Assembly: GCA_963806225.1 (NCBI GenBank)
Contig: CAWDXG010000004.1
Coordinates: forward strand, 1,728,001-1,792,000
Source: an uncultured delta proteobacterium
GTDB lineage: Bacteria; Myxococcota_A; Polyangia; Polyangiales; Polyangiaceae
Reading direction: 5' to 3'
DNA: 64,000 nt
The stretch's first letter is position 1. Every line of letters starts with the position of its first letter. Positions 42,385 to 52,056 of this stretch are shown here, piece by piece. The notes under the pieces were generated by a model, which saw only the letters and a list, made by a program, of their open reading frames with translations, was not told the DNA's origin and ran no database searches. The translations under genes were made by a program, and so were the position numbers.

Positions 42385-43982
42385 CGACGGCGGCGGCGCG
42401 CCGCCAGCACCACCACGAACCCGAAGACCCACAGTGGCAGCGCCGGGCCACGCGACCCGGTGCGACAGCCACAGCCACCGCTGTCTCCCGAGCTCGCGGC
42501 GTTGCCCGCTGTGCCTGCGGCACCGCCGGTCGTCGCGCCGCCACTGCCGGAGCTCTGTCCGGCTGCGCCGCCCGCGGGATTGCCCCCGGTGCCCGCTCCG
42601 CCGCTGCCGGTCGCGCCGCCGCTGCCGGTCGTTCCGCCCGCACCCCCGGCAGGCGCCGTCGCACCATACTCGAACGCGCCGAGGTCGTAGCCCGCGCCGG
42701 CAGGCCTCGACGCGCCGTTGTAGTCGTGGGTCACGTTCGAGAGCGTCTTGCCCTTGTCGACCGCGGGCGATCCGGCGGTGAGCTCCAGATTCGACGCCGG
42801 CAGATCCCAGACGCCCGAAAACGCCGGACCGCCCGACACGTCGCCCGCACCCTGCCCCGTCGCGCTCGCCCAACCGCTGTGCGAGTACGTCGTGTTGCTC
42901 CAGAGGAAGGGCTTCTGTACGCCCGGCAGGTTCCACAGGTTGTGGTCGAGCGTGACGCCGGTGGTCGAGTTGGCCTGCAGCAGTAGCGCCTGCTGGCCCG
43001 ACTGCCCGGCGAAAATGTTGTTCTCGACCACGGTGTTCTGGTGCGGCCCCGCGTCCCACTTGATGGCAGTCGTCTTGTTGTCGACCACGGTGTTGTTGGC
43101 GATGACCACGTTCTTGAGCGCGCTCTGCCCCGGGAAGCTCCCGTCCCAGAAGCGGATGCCGGACTCGTTGTGGATCACGACGTTGTTGGTGATGGTGATG
43201 TCCGTCAGCACCGGCGCCGTGACGTTCGGGTACGACTCGTCCGCCAACATGATGCCGACGGTGGTCTTCGACGTGCCCGCGCTCATGTAGACCAGGTTCG
43301 AGTCGACGACCGAGTGGCTGATGCTGTCGAGATAGATGTTCACCGACGAGTTGTCGTGCACGACGTTGCGCGAATAGCGGCAGTTCTTCGAGTCCGCGTG
43401 CAGCGTGATGCCCTCGGCGCCGCTGCCGTAGATCTCGTTGTCCTCGATGATGGTGCCGTCGGAGTTCTTGCCCGAGACACTGCCTTCGAGCTTGGAGCCG
43501 GACACGTGGCCGTGGCTCGCGAAGTAGAACGCCACCGAGCCGCCTGTGCCGACCGTGCTGCAGTCGATGACATCGCCACCGTCGGCCTTGTAGAACTCGA
43601 TGCCGGTGTCGCCGTTCTTCACAGTCAGGCCGCGGAAGGTCATGTCCGGCGTCTCGCCCGCCTGCAGCACGAATCCCGACGCGCCCCCGCCGTCGATGAC
43701 GGGGCTTGCGCCCGGAGCGGCGCGGATCACCGTGCGGCCTCCGGCGCCGGCGGGCACGTGCCAGAAGTCCACCGTCTCGTTGTAGGTTCCGTTCTTGATC
43801 CAGACGGTGTCGCCCGTCTTCAGCGCCGCCTTGGCATCGTTGATCGTCTGGAACGGCTTGGCCTGGCTGCCGTCGCCGCCCGAAGCGGCGGCTTGATCCA
43901 CCCACCAGTCCGCGGCCTGCGCGTGCGCACCCATCGACACGACGAACAAAGCCGCCGCTACCCCCGGAAGACGAAGTCCCAT
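42381..43982 (-). CDS. Secreted right-handed beta-helix protein (pectin-lyase-like) with a MYXO-CTERM-like tail
   Basis: GDGSQAKPFQTINDA...GDTVWIKNGTY; NN ladder repeats; SPAVDKG...DLGAFEY; GGCGC-hydrophobic-RRRR tail. Confidence 0.88.
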   Translation of the reverse strand: MGLRLPGVAAALFVVSMGAHAQAADWWVDQAAASGGDGSQAKPFQTINDAKAALKTGDTVWIKNGTYNETVDFWHVPAGAGGRTVIRAAPGASPVIDGGGASGFVLQAGETPDMTFRGLTVKNGDTGIEFYKADGGDVIDCSTVGTGGSVAFYFASHGHVSGSKLEGSVSGKNSDGTIIEDNEIYGSGAEGITLHADSKNCRYSRNVVHDNSSVNIYLDSISHSVVDSNLVYMSAGTSKTTVGIMLADESYPNVTAPVLTDITITNNVVIHNESGIRFWDGSFPGQSALKNVVIANNTVVDNKTTAIKWDAGPHQNTVVENNIFAGQSGQQALLLQANSTTGVTLDHNLWNLPGVQKPFLWSNTTYSHSGWASATGQGAGDVSGGPAFSGVWDLPASNLELTAGSPAVDKGKTLSNVTHDYNGASRPAGAGYDLGAFEYGATAPAGGAGGTTGSGGATGSGGAGTGGNPAGGAAGQSSGSGGATTGGAAGTAGNAASSGDSGGCGCRTGSRGPALPLWVFGFVVVLAARRRRR

Positions 43983-44074
43983 ACGCGCAGAATACCGTAC
44001 CCGACTCTGCACCGATAGCGTCCGTTCACGACGACGGACGCTCCACGAGATACAGCACGTTCCGGTATGGATAT

Positions 44075-44112
44075 GAAACGGCGCCCCGCGGCTTGGGTTC
44101 CGCGGGGCGCCG
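44075..44112 (-). terminator. Intrinsic terminator downstream of the nonaheme cytochrome gene
   Basis: 13-bp perfect stem CGGCGCCCCGCGG / CCGCGGGGCGCCG with an 8-nt loop, followed by TTT on the minus strand. Confidence 0.7.
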
Positions 44113-44157
44113 CCTCGGCTTGTCAGGACCCAGCTCGAAAGAGCTGCTCCGGACGAC

Positions 44158-46830
44158 TCAGTTCGAAACGTTCGTGCCTTCGGTTACGTTGATGACCTCC
44201 ATGTAGAGGTCGGGGTTGTGGACACCCTTGCTGCCGTCGTCCTCCAGCATCATGTAGTTCCAGCAGGCCTTCATCATGTTGCCCGTCTTCGCGTAGACCG
44301 GAGCGTCCGTGGCGTCCTGCACGTTGCCCAGCTGCACGGCGAGCGTGTCGGTGCTGGTCGTACTGCTATCGGACCAGGTCACGGTGATCGCGCTGGTCAG
44401 CTTCAGGGTGAATGCCACCTGACCGTGCACGTCGCTGACCGACACCGCCGTGATGGCGTTGCCACTCGTGTCGAGCACGAGGTTGGAGCTGGACGAGCTC
44501 GAGGACGAGTACAGTCCCGTTGCCGCGTCGTACGCGCGCAGATGCAGTGTGCCCACGCTGTTGAGCTTGGTCACAGCCGCATTGCCCAGGTACGAGGCGA
44601 GGGCGTCGAGATCCTGCGTGACCACGGACTGCAGCGAGCCGCCATCGAAGTTGCCGTGGCAGTTGGTGCAGACGTTCGGGTCGACCTCGAAGGTGTGGTT
44701 CGTGCCGCCGCCCTGGTAGCTGTACTCCTCCGGAGGCGCCGTCAGATCCATGTGACAGGTCACGCAGGTGTCGGCGACGTAGGAGTGGCCTCCGCGCTGG
44801 CCGGGCGTCACGAAGTAGAAGTTCTGCCCCATCAGCGTGTCGGTCTGGGCGGCCACGTGCGGCGCCGAGTAGCCGGTCGGCGGCGCGCTGTCGTTGTGCA
44901 GGCCGTTGCGCGTGTTGTGGCAGGTCATACAGATCGCGCCCATACCCACGCCGTTCGCCTTGAATCCGGCAGGCAACATCGCGGTGTCGCCCTTGATGCG
45001 GACATCGCCGCGACCGGTAAGCTCGTTGCCTTCATGATGTGGGTTGTGGCAGGTAACGCAGGTCTGCGGGTGCACGTTGGCTTCCGTCAGTCCCATCGCG
45101 GTCAGCTCTGCGACCGTGGCGTTGCCGCTAGCACCCTGGATGCGCTTCGTCAGGTCGCCCTGCTTGATCCACTGCAGGAAGCCCTCGGCCGAGTGACAGC
45201 GACCGCAGTGCCCAGCGGTTGCGCCACGCCCCTCGACGGTGGCGTCTTCCAGCGCCAGCGTGTAGTCGGCGTGCTTCGATTCCTTCCACTGGTAGAAGCG
45301 ACCGTGACGAGGCGGCTCGCCGTGGCAGGCGCCGCAGACGCGGGAGTCCAGGCTCACGCGCGAGGCGTGCATGTCGGCCTTTTCGGCCGCGGAGAGCTGC
45401 GAGGTCTTGGCCCCGTGGGCGGCGCTGTCGTTCGGACCATGGCAGTTCTCGCACTGCACGTTGGCCATACGCGCGGTGTTCGGCGCGCTCGAGAACATGT
45501 CCGAATACGCGCTCTCCGAGCCTGGCGGCTTCTGCCAGTTGTCCTGGCTCATCGCCTCGTCCCAGCCGCCGTTGGTCGCGTCCGGGTTGTAGCCAACGCC
45601 GTGACACTGGGCGCAGTTCGTGCTCCAGTGGTTGGCCGGCTCGGTGATGTTGCGCGTGAAGATGATGGCATGACCGCTCGCCCGCCAGTCGGTGAACATG
45701 TCGGGCGCGGTATTGCCGTGGCAGAGAGTGCAGTCGTCCGCTTCCGGCAGCCCGTCGGTGCTGCTCAGCCCGGTAATGGCACCAACCCACTTGCCCGCTT
45801 CGATGATCAGGCTGTCCCCGCTGTTGGACTCGGTGACGGTGTACTTGCCCGTCACGTCGGGCTTCAGGATCGGGAAGCGGCTGGTGGCGTCATCGAACGC
45901 GGCGGTCGAGCCCGACGGCCCGGCCACGCTCCAGCTGTAGCCCGCGCTGCTGTCCTTGGCCTGCAGCAGCACGCCCTGGTCGATCGGCACGTTGCGGATT
46001 CCGGGGCCCTTGTGCGCGCCGAAATCAGCCGTGATCGCGACCGTATCCGTGTACGTGCCGCTGGAAGTCGTCACGGTGAGCTCGAGCTCCGCGGTTTCCG
46101 TGCTCTCCAGCGCGTGGGGATCGATCCCGACCACCATGAAGCGATCGGGCAGTGCAAGCTCCTTGAGCAGCTCCGTCTTGTAGCTGGCCAGGTCGCCCAT
46201 CGTGATGCTCGGCGTGAGCGTGGTGTCGCCCGAGATGGTGACCGGCACGCCGGAGACCTGCGTCCACTTGTAGGTGGTGCCGGTGCTGCCATCGAGCACG
46301 TCTGCTGTCGCGGTAAGCGATAGATTTGCGCCTGGATCGCTCGCTTGATCCTGGCCCGCGTTCACCACGACCGCGGCGGTGGGGTCAAGCGCGACGTCCA
46401 GTGTCTGATCGACACCCGCCGCGACGGTGAGAGCGGCGGTGCCGTCCTCGTAGTTGTCCTTGGTAATCGTCACCGTGTACGCGCCGACGGGCAGCGTCGC
46501 ATTGAATGCGCCGTTCGCGTCGGTCGTCAGGTCCGCCACTGCTTGTGGCGAGAACGAGACTGTGGCGCCCGCGATTCCGGCTTTGGTCGCGCTGCTCGTG
46601 ACATTGCCGCTAACCGCCGCCTCGCTGACGCCGGCTTCACCTGCGGGACCTGCCTGGCCCGGCGGCCCTGCTTCGCCTGCGGGACCTGCTGCGCCGGGGT
46701 CGCCGGACTGCCCCTGCGCTCCTTGCGGTCCGGTAGCGCCATCCTTGCCGCTGCATCCCGCGAGGACGAGTGCAAGCGCAGCCATTGCGGCCGCACCTCT
46801 GACGATCGCTGTCAATTTCCTCGTTGCCAT
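44158..46830 (-). CDS. Nonaheme c-type cytochrome lipoprotein with a collagen-like stalk and Ig-like domains
   Basis: Lipobox LAGC; 14 Gly-X-Y triplets; carboxypeptidase-regulatory/PKD-like domains; 9 CxxCH; C-terminal DGSKGVHNP. Confidence 0.92.
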   Translation of the reverse strand: MATRKLTAIVRGAAAMAALALVLAGCSGKDGATGPQGAQGQSGDPGAAGPAGEAGPPGQAGPAGEAGVSEAAVSGNVTSSATKAGIAGATVSFSPQAVADLTTDANGAFNATLPVGAYTVTITKDNYEDGTAALTVAAGVDQTLDVALDPTAAVVVNAGQDQASDPGANLSLTATADVLDGSTGTTYKWTQVSGVPVTISGDTTLTPSITMGDLASYKTELLKELALPDRFMVVGIDPHALESTETAELELTVTTSSGTYTDTVAITADFGAHKGPGIRNVPIDQGVLLQAKDSSAGYSWSVAGPSGSTAAFDDATSRFPILKPDVTGKYTVTESNSGDSLIIEAGKWVGAITGLSSTDGLPEADDCTLCHGNTAPDMFTDWRASGHAIIFTRNITEPANHWSTNCAQCHGVGYNPDATNGGWDEAMSQDNWQKPPGSESAYSDMFSSAPNTARMANVQCENCHGPNDSAAHGAKTSQLSAAEKADMHASRVSLDSRVCGACHGEPPRHGRFYQWKESKHADYTLALEDATVEGRGATAGHCGRCHSAEGFLQWIKQGDLTKRIQGASGNATVAELTAMGLTEANVHPQTCVTCHNPHHEGNELTGRGDVRIKGDTAMLPAGFKANGVGMGAICMTCHNTRNGLHNDSAPPTGYSAPHVAAQTDTLMGQNFYFVTPGQRGGHSYVADTCVTCHMDLTAPPEEYSYQGGGTNHTFEVDPNVCTNCHGNFDGGSLQSVVTQDLDALASYLGNAAVTKLNSVGTLHLRAYDAATGLYSSSSSSSSNLVLDTSGNAITAVSVSDVHGQVAFTLKLTSAITVTWSDSSTTSTDTLAVQLGNVQDATDAPVYAKTGNMMKACWNYMMLEDDGSKGVHNPDLYMEVINVTEGTNVSN

Positions 46831-46875
46831 CCCTAATCTAGACCTTCCTGGGTCGTTCACCCGGCATGCGCGGCG

Positions 46876-46892
46876 AGCAACTTCCGTACCGG
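46876..46892 (-). promoter_or_regulatory. Sigma54 promoter candidate for the nonaheme cytochrome
   Basis: Minus strand reads CCGGTACGGAAGTTGCT (GG-N10-GC, TTGCT), 45 nt upstream of the ATG. Confidence 0.6.
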
Positions 46893-47233
46893 ATGCGGGT
46901 AGAGTTCCCCACGGCAACTTCGAACGCGGATTTCTTGCAGCGGTCGCAAACTGCGAACGCGAACCGCGACAGCTCGCGACTCGCAACGCTTGCAGCACCT
47001 GTCCAAGCTCAAGCAAGAACTTCTGGATCCCAGGGACGCTTCGCATCGCACGCGGCATGGTTCTCCAAGGTTCGCGCGCGCATTCCACAACGTCTGCATG
47101 CGTGCGCGGCGTTCTTCTCGCTTGATGCGGGGCACGAGAGCGTTGCGCGAAATCCCCCGGGATTGACCTGCCGCAACGGCGCTGTTGATCCACCGACTAT
47201 GCGATGGGATGCTCCGCCGCGGAGGTAGACAGG

Positions 47234-48994
47234 ATGCACGCTTCAAACTTTGCCTTGATCTCGGTGGTCGTCGGTTCCGCGCTCGCTCTCGGCGGCTGCG
47301 GCAGCAACGACGCCAACCTGGGCGGCAGCGCGGGCTACGGCGGCTACGGCGCGAGCGCAGGCACCGACGGCGGCGCGGGAACAGGCGGCATCGCCGGCAG
47401 CGCGGGCACGGGCGGCAACGCAGGCACGGGCGGCAACGCAGGCAAGGGCGGCAACGCAGGAACTGCAGGAGCAGGCGGAACGGCTGGCAGTGCAGGAACT
47501 GCAGGAGCGGGCGGAAGCGCGGGAACAGGCGGCGCGGCCGGCGCCGGCGGAACGGCTGGCAGCGGCGGCGCGGGGGGCACCGCTGGAACGGGCGGCAGCG
47601 GCGGCGCGGGCGGAAGCGCAGGAAGCGCGGGCTCGGGCGGCGCGGCCGGCGCTGGGGGTTCGGGCGGCACGACTTGCGCGACGGCGAACTGTGATCCGGT
47701 GGCGAGCTGCGACGACTCGAGCGGCACGGCGATCTGCACCTGCCCCAGCGGCTACAACGACCTCAATAGCGATGGTTCGTCCTGCGTCGACATCAACGAG
47801 TGCAGCACCGGGGCGAACAACTGCGACGCGAACGCCACGTGCGCCAACACCACCGGCAGCTTCACGTGCACGTGCAATTGGCCGTACTACGGCGACGGCA
47901 CCGCCTGCACCGCACCCAGCGATCTGAACTGGGACTTCGAAGACTGGACGGATAGCGATCCGCCGAGGGATTTCGAGAAGACGCCGACGACCTCGTTCAC
48001 GTTGACGGACGAGATCGCGAACGTGAACGACGGTTCTCACGCCTGCAAGGCCACCTGGACCATCAAGTCGAACCGCGACTTGATCGACGCAATGTACGGG
48101 ACGGCGAAATCGGGAACGGAGTACACCGCGCACATCTGGATGCTCGACAACGACCCCGCCGGACACGCGCGGCCGTTCTTGACGTTCTACGACGGCTCGA
48201 AGGGGTCCGCGTCGAACGTCTTCCCGAGCAGCGGCGGCTACTCGGCTGACGATCCGGCCTGGCACGAGTACACCCAGGCCGGCACGGCACCGGCGGACGG
48301 CTACGTTCGCGGCGCCGTGCGCTTCTACGACGTTGGCGCGGGCTTCACCTCGGCGACGCTCTACGTCGACGACTTCGACCTGACCCAGCACGTCACCTTC
48401 GACAGCACCGACTCGACGCTCGACACGCTGGCAGGCAAGCCGTCCGCTCCGCCCCAGCTCGCGTCCACGCCACTGGACGTCCACGCGGCCGTGAGCGACC
48501 AGGGCATGCTGTACGCGGCCATGCCGCCCGCGTCCGCCGCGTCCGGCGATCATATGCTGTTCGTGTGGGTCGGCGGCGTCGACCCCTCCGGTACGGTCGC
48601 CATGCCGTGGTCTAAGAGCGGCACCGTCGCGGCGCCCGCTCCCGGCGGCTCGGTCTTCGTGCTGGTGCAGGAGCAGTCAACCGGCTACTGCGAGTGGCGC
48701 GTGTGGGACGCGACGGGGAGCGCCTGGAACAAGGTTTCGCAAGACTGCTCGGGCGCCAGCAGCGGCGTGCTCGAAGGCACGCTCGACCTCGTCGCGAACA
48801 CGAGCGCCACCGCAGCCAACGAGGTCGCGGGCCGGTTCGCCTTCTCCGCGGTGGCGGTCGGAACCAACGACGGCGACTCCATCGACTCGAGCAAGCAGAC
48901 GCCGGCCTGCTCGTCGTCCTGCGACGCCAACATCGACGCCTCCGAGGCGCTCGCGATGCACCGGGCCCGCCTGCTCGTCGGGCGCGTCCAGTAG
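47234..48994 (+). CDS. Lipoprotein with a Gly-rich linker, two EGF-like domains (one Ca-binding type) and carbohydrate-binding-like domains
   Basis: RBS GGAGGT; lipobox LGGC; DINEC...CANTTGSFTCTC...GDGTAC; then NWDFEDW...LYVDDF jelly-roll-like region. Confidence 0.88.
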   Translation: MHASNFALISVVVGSALALGGCGSNDANLGGSAGYGGYGASAGTDGGAGTGGIAGSAGTGGNAGTGGNAGKGGNAGTAGAGGTAGSAGTAGAGGSAGTGGAAGAGGTAGSGGAGGTAGTGGSGGAGGSAGSAGSGGAAGAGGSGGTTCATANCDPVASCDDSSGTAICTCPSGYNDLNSDGSSCVDINECSTGANNCDANATCANTTGSFTCTCNWPYYGDGTACTAPSDLNWDFEDWTDSDPPRDFEKTPTTSFTLTDEIANVNDGSHACKATWTIKSNRDLIDAMYGTAKSGTEYTAHIWMLDNDPAGHARPFLTFYDGSKGSASNVFPSSGGYSADDPAWHEYTQAGTAPADGYVRGAVRFYDVGAGFTSATLYVDDFDLTQHVTFDSTDSTLDTLAGKPSAPPQLASTPLDVHAAVSDQGMLYAAMPPASAASGDHMLFVWVGGVDPSGTVAMPWSKSGTVAAPAPGGSVFVLVQEQSTGYCEWRVWDATGSAWNKVSQDCSGASSGVLEGTLDLVANTSATAANEVAGRFAFSAVAVGTNDGDSIDSSKQTPACSSSCDANIDASEALAMHRARLLVGRVQ

Positions 48995-49007
48995 AGCCCG
49001 GAGGGAT

Positions 49008-49745
49008 GTGAGCCGGCGCGTCCGCGAATTCTTCGCGCGCCTCGACGCGCCGGCAGGCGTCGTGGATACGCGCCGGCTGCAGCGCCCCCTGTACCGGCTG
49101 GAAGGTCTTGCCGCGCACCCCTGGCATTCGCCGCAGCGCTACGCCTGGACGCGCTCGCTCGAAAACCATGCAGACGCGATCCGCGCGGAGCTCTCGGCCA
49201 TCCGCCCGGCGCCGCACCCGGAAGCGCGGAGCCTCGCAGCCAGTGGCTCCTGGCACCAGTACCTGTTCTATCGCTACGGCGAACGCATGGACGAGCATTG
49301 CGCGCGCTGCCCGCGCACCGCGGCGCTGGTCGACGCGATCCCCGGCGCCGACAGCGCCGCCCTCGTCTACTTCTCGGTGCTCGGCCCGCACACCCACGTC
49401 AACGCCCACGCCGGCCCGACCAACCTGCGCATCCGCTGCCACCTGCCGCTCGTGGTTCCGGAAGGCTGTACGCTCCGCGTCGGCTCGACCACACGCCGCT
49501 GGCGCCAGGGAAAGTGCCTGGTCTTCGACGACTCGTTCGTGCACGAAGCCGACAACCCATCGGACAGCGATCGCATCGTGCTGCTGGTGGATGTGTGGCA
49601 TCCCGATCTCACCGCAGCCGAGCGCAGCGAGCTCTCCCGCGGGCTCCGCGCGCGGCTCGAGCGCGACGCGCCGCGCCCTCGCGCGGCGGAGGCCACGATG
49701 GTCGGCGCCGCGGCGGCGTTCGCAGGCGTGAAGAACAAGCCGTAG
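49008..49745 (+). CDS. Aspartyl/asparaginyl beta-hydroxylase family 2OG-Fe(II) oxygenase
   Basis: HAGPTNLRIRCHLPL, WRQGKCLVFDDSFVHEA and RIVLLVDVWHPDL match the AspH catalytic domain; RBS GGAGG; 13 nt after the EGF gene. Confidence 0.92.
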   Translation: MSRRVREFFARLDAPAGVVDTRRLQRPLYRLEGLAAHPWHSPQRYAWTRSLENHADAIRAELSAIRPAPHPEARSLAASGSWHQYLFYRYGERMDEHCARCPRTAALVDAIPGADSAALVYFSVLGPHTHVNAHAGPTNLRIRCHLPLVVPEGCTLRVGSTTRRWRQGKCLVFDDSFVHEADNPSDSDRIVLLVDVWHPDLTAAERSELSRGLRARLERDAPRPRAAEATMVGAAAAFAGVKNKP

Positions 49746-49796
49746 GGCCGCGGCCGTAGCCACGGCGGGGGCGCGCCGTTCCCTCCCGCAGCCCCC

Positions 49797-51200
49797 CTAC
49801 CCCGCGAGCGCAAGCAGCGCGTGCCCCGTCACGTCCGCACGCAGCACGTCGAGAATCGGCGAGAGCGGGAACGCGCCGTCGGCGAGCGCGGGGTCGAGCG
49901 GAGCGGGGATGCGGTCGCCGAGCAGCTGCGCGCGGAGGAGAAATGACTGGGCGCGCTTGCGGGCGGCAATCGCCAGGCGGGAGCTCGAGCCGGCAAGAGC
50001 TTCGGCGACCGCAGCGGTGAGCGCGACTTCCGGCACGGGGGTCACGTCGGCGGCGCCCCTGTACGGCGCGCGCGTGCGGATCGAATCGACGAGGCTCTGC
50101 TCGGCGCGCTCGAGCGCTTCGGCGTCGCCGCGCGTCCGGGCGGCGAGGGCCGTCCAGGGCGCCCAGGGACGCGGCTCGAGATCGCGCAGGCAGGCCTGCC
50201 ACAGCGCAGCTGGCGCGCGCTGCCCCAGCGCCGCCACGACCTGCGCGGCATGCCAGGCGTGCGCGCGGAGCTCGCGCCGATTCGCCAGCTCGACAAGCTC
50301 GCGGTCGAGATCAAGGCCGGCCAGCACCGCGAGCGCCACGCTGCCGGCCGCCTGCGCGGGATCGTCGGGCCAGTCAGGTACCGGGCGACCGGACAGAGCG
50401 TCGCGGATCTGTTCCGTGAGCCAGGCAGAAGCGCGCGCCACGACGCCGGGGTGTCCGCCGTGTGCTGCCAGTGCGTGGACTACGACCGCGGCTCGACCGT
50501 GCGAGAACACACCGTGTGGAAACGTCGTCTGCGAGCGCGCGTCGACCGCGAACGGGACCGCGCCGTCCGGCGCCACGCGCCTGGCGAGCCAGCGCGCTGC
50601 GGCGTCGATCGGATCGAGCGGGCGGGCGCGCGCGACGACCCCGGAACGGACACGAACGCTCTCGGCCGTGAAAAGGAACAGCTGCGTCGACTCGACGCTC
50701 TCGAGCCCTGCCTTGGCCGCCAGCGCGCGGAGCAGGCCGTCCAGATCCGCACGTTCGTCGCGCGCCACCGACGGCAAGAGCAGCACCGGGCCGCGACCGG
50801 GCGGCGCCGCCGCGATGCCGTGCACGCCTAGCTCGAAGCGGCGCCCGAGCTCCGCGTGGCTCACCCGGCGCGGCCCCACCAGGTACGACACCTCCGCGAC
50901 CAGGCCATCGCGCTCGGAGGGCTGGATGCCGCCGAAGCGCGGATCGGACAGCGCGCTCAGAAACGCGCGCTGGAGCTGCTCGGCCGCGTCGCCTTCGGTG
51001 GATCCAAAGCAGCCGCGGAGCCTGCCCTCCGCGTAGAGGCTGACGAACGGCGTGGCTTCGGGCACGCCGGGCGCGCGCGGCCAACGCCCGAGCGTGCGCT
51101 GCCAGCCGAGTAGCTTGGCGACGGACGCCGCCACCGCCGCCCGCTCGCGGTCGTCGAGCGGACGGGAAAGAGCGCGCCAGGGCAGCCCGCCGCTACGCAC
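49797..51200 (-). CDS. AMMECR1-domain protein fused to an alpha/alpha-barrel (terpene cyclase/prenyltransferase-like) domain
   Basis: FVSLYAEGRLRGCFGS, AFLSALSDPRFGGI, EVSYL and LLLPSVA (AMMECR1); then WLARRVAPDG and FLLRAQL...DGAFP...RADVTGHALLAL helical repeats; GTG overlaps the upstream stop. Confidence 0.82.
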   Translation of the reverse strand: MRSGGLPWRALSRPLDDRERAAVAASVAKLLGWQRTLGRWPRAPGVPEATPFVSLYAEGRLRGCFGSTEGDAAEQLQRAFLSALSDPRFGGIQPSERDGLVAEVSYLVGPRRVSHAELGRRFELGVHGIAAAPPGRGPVLLLPSVARDERADLDGLLRALAAKAGLESVESTQLFLFTAESVRVRSGVVARARPLDPIDAAARWLARRVAPDGAVPFAVDARSQTTFPHGVFSHGRAAVVVHALAAHGGHPGVVARASAWLTEQIRDALSGRPVPDWPDDPAQAAGSVALAVLAGLDLDRELVELANRRELRAHAWHAAQVVAALGQRAPAALWQACLRDLEPRPWAPWTALAARTRGDAEALERAEQSLVDSIRTRAPYRGAADVTPVPEVALTAAVAEALAGSSSRLAIAARKRAQSFLLRAQLLGDRIPAPLDPALADGAFPLSPILDVLRADVTGHALLALAG

Positions 51201-52044
51201 CGCCGCGGGCCCTGAGGCGCCATGCGTGCGACGCACCGAGCCCCAGCGCGTCCAGACCCGGCACGAGCTCCTGCTCCATCACCCGGCGGATAGTCGCGCG
51301 CTGCCCCACCGAGTCGAGCACTCCAAGTGCCTTGGCCGCCTTCTTGCTGCCGCGCGGTGCGTCGCGTCCGTTCCAGAACTGCCGCTCGATGCCCGCCACC
51401 GTGAGGCCCGCCGCGTCCGCGACGCGCTGGCGCTCGGCCTGCGTCCACTGCGGCTCGCGCCACGCGAAGTAGTACCAGCCCAGCCTGAGATGGTGCACCT
51501 CGTCGCGGGTGATCGCGCCGTACATCGCACGCGCCACCGGATCCGTGGCGCGCTCGCGGCAGGCGTCGATCAGCGCGGCGGCTAGCGTCTCGCTGATGGT
51601 CGACAGCTGCAGCATCATCAGGTCGAGCTCCTCCATGCCCACAGCTCCGCCCCAGGGCATGTCGAACGCGCTCTGCTGCATCTCGATCGACACGTCCTGC
51701 CCCGCGCACAGCGACGCCAACCTGAGCGCGTACTCCGTGTGACGGAGCTCGTCGGACGGGATGCGCGTGGCCGCGCTGACGAGGTCGAACGGCGCGCCGT
51801 TCCGCGCCAGCGTCGACGCCACCCGCGCGAAGGCGTCCACCGCGCCGTATTCGCCCGTCGCCAGCGCTCTACCGGCGTCCACGGCGAGCGCCAGCGCGGG
51901 CGCGGGATAAGCGGTCGGGTCGAACCTGTCCCAGGGGATGACCGGGGCGCGCCGGCGCAGGAAGCGCTCGCGCTGGTACTGACGCGACAGAGGAGTGCCG
52001 GTCAGGGTTCGGCGGATCTCGACCTTCGCGGACTTGGCCGGCAT
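51193..52044 (-). CDS. Ferritin-like diiron-carboxylate protein
   Basis: E (GEYGA)...DELRH...E (SETLAA)...DEVHH pattern. Confidence 0.85.
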   Translation of the reverse strand: MPAKSAKVEIRRTLTGTPLSRQYQRERFLRRRAPVIPWDRFDPTAYPAPALALAVDAGRALATGEYGAVDAFARVASTLARNGAPFDLVSAATRIPSDELRHTEYALRLASLCAGQDVSIEMQQSAFDMPWGGAVGMEELDLMMLQLSTISETLAAALIDACRERATDPVARAMYGAITRDEVHHLRLGWYYFAWREPQWTQAERQRVADAAGLTVAGIERQFWNGRDAPRGSKKAAKALGVLDSVGQRATIRRVMEQELVPGLDALGLGASHAWRLRARGGA

Positions 52045-52056
52045 CGCGAGTCGAGA

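Noticed and set aside
44158..46830. Calling the nonaheme protein nrfA
   Set aside because: No CxxCK active-site motif, and the heme count and domain layout differ.
46831..47193. Extended N-termini of the cytochrome ORFs (also 55693-56145, 53240-53566, 58200-58319)
   Set aside because: Downstream ATGs give proper lipoprotein signal peptides; the extensions cover promoters or neighbouring genes.
47330..47670. Gly-rich linkers of other lipoproteins as RiPP-like cores
   Set aside because: They are generic G/S/A/T spacers without a conserved hydrophobic-aromatic core, unlike 52057-52638.
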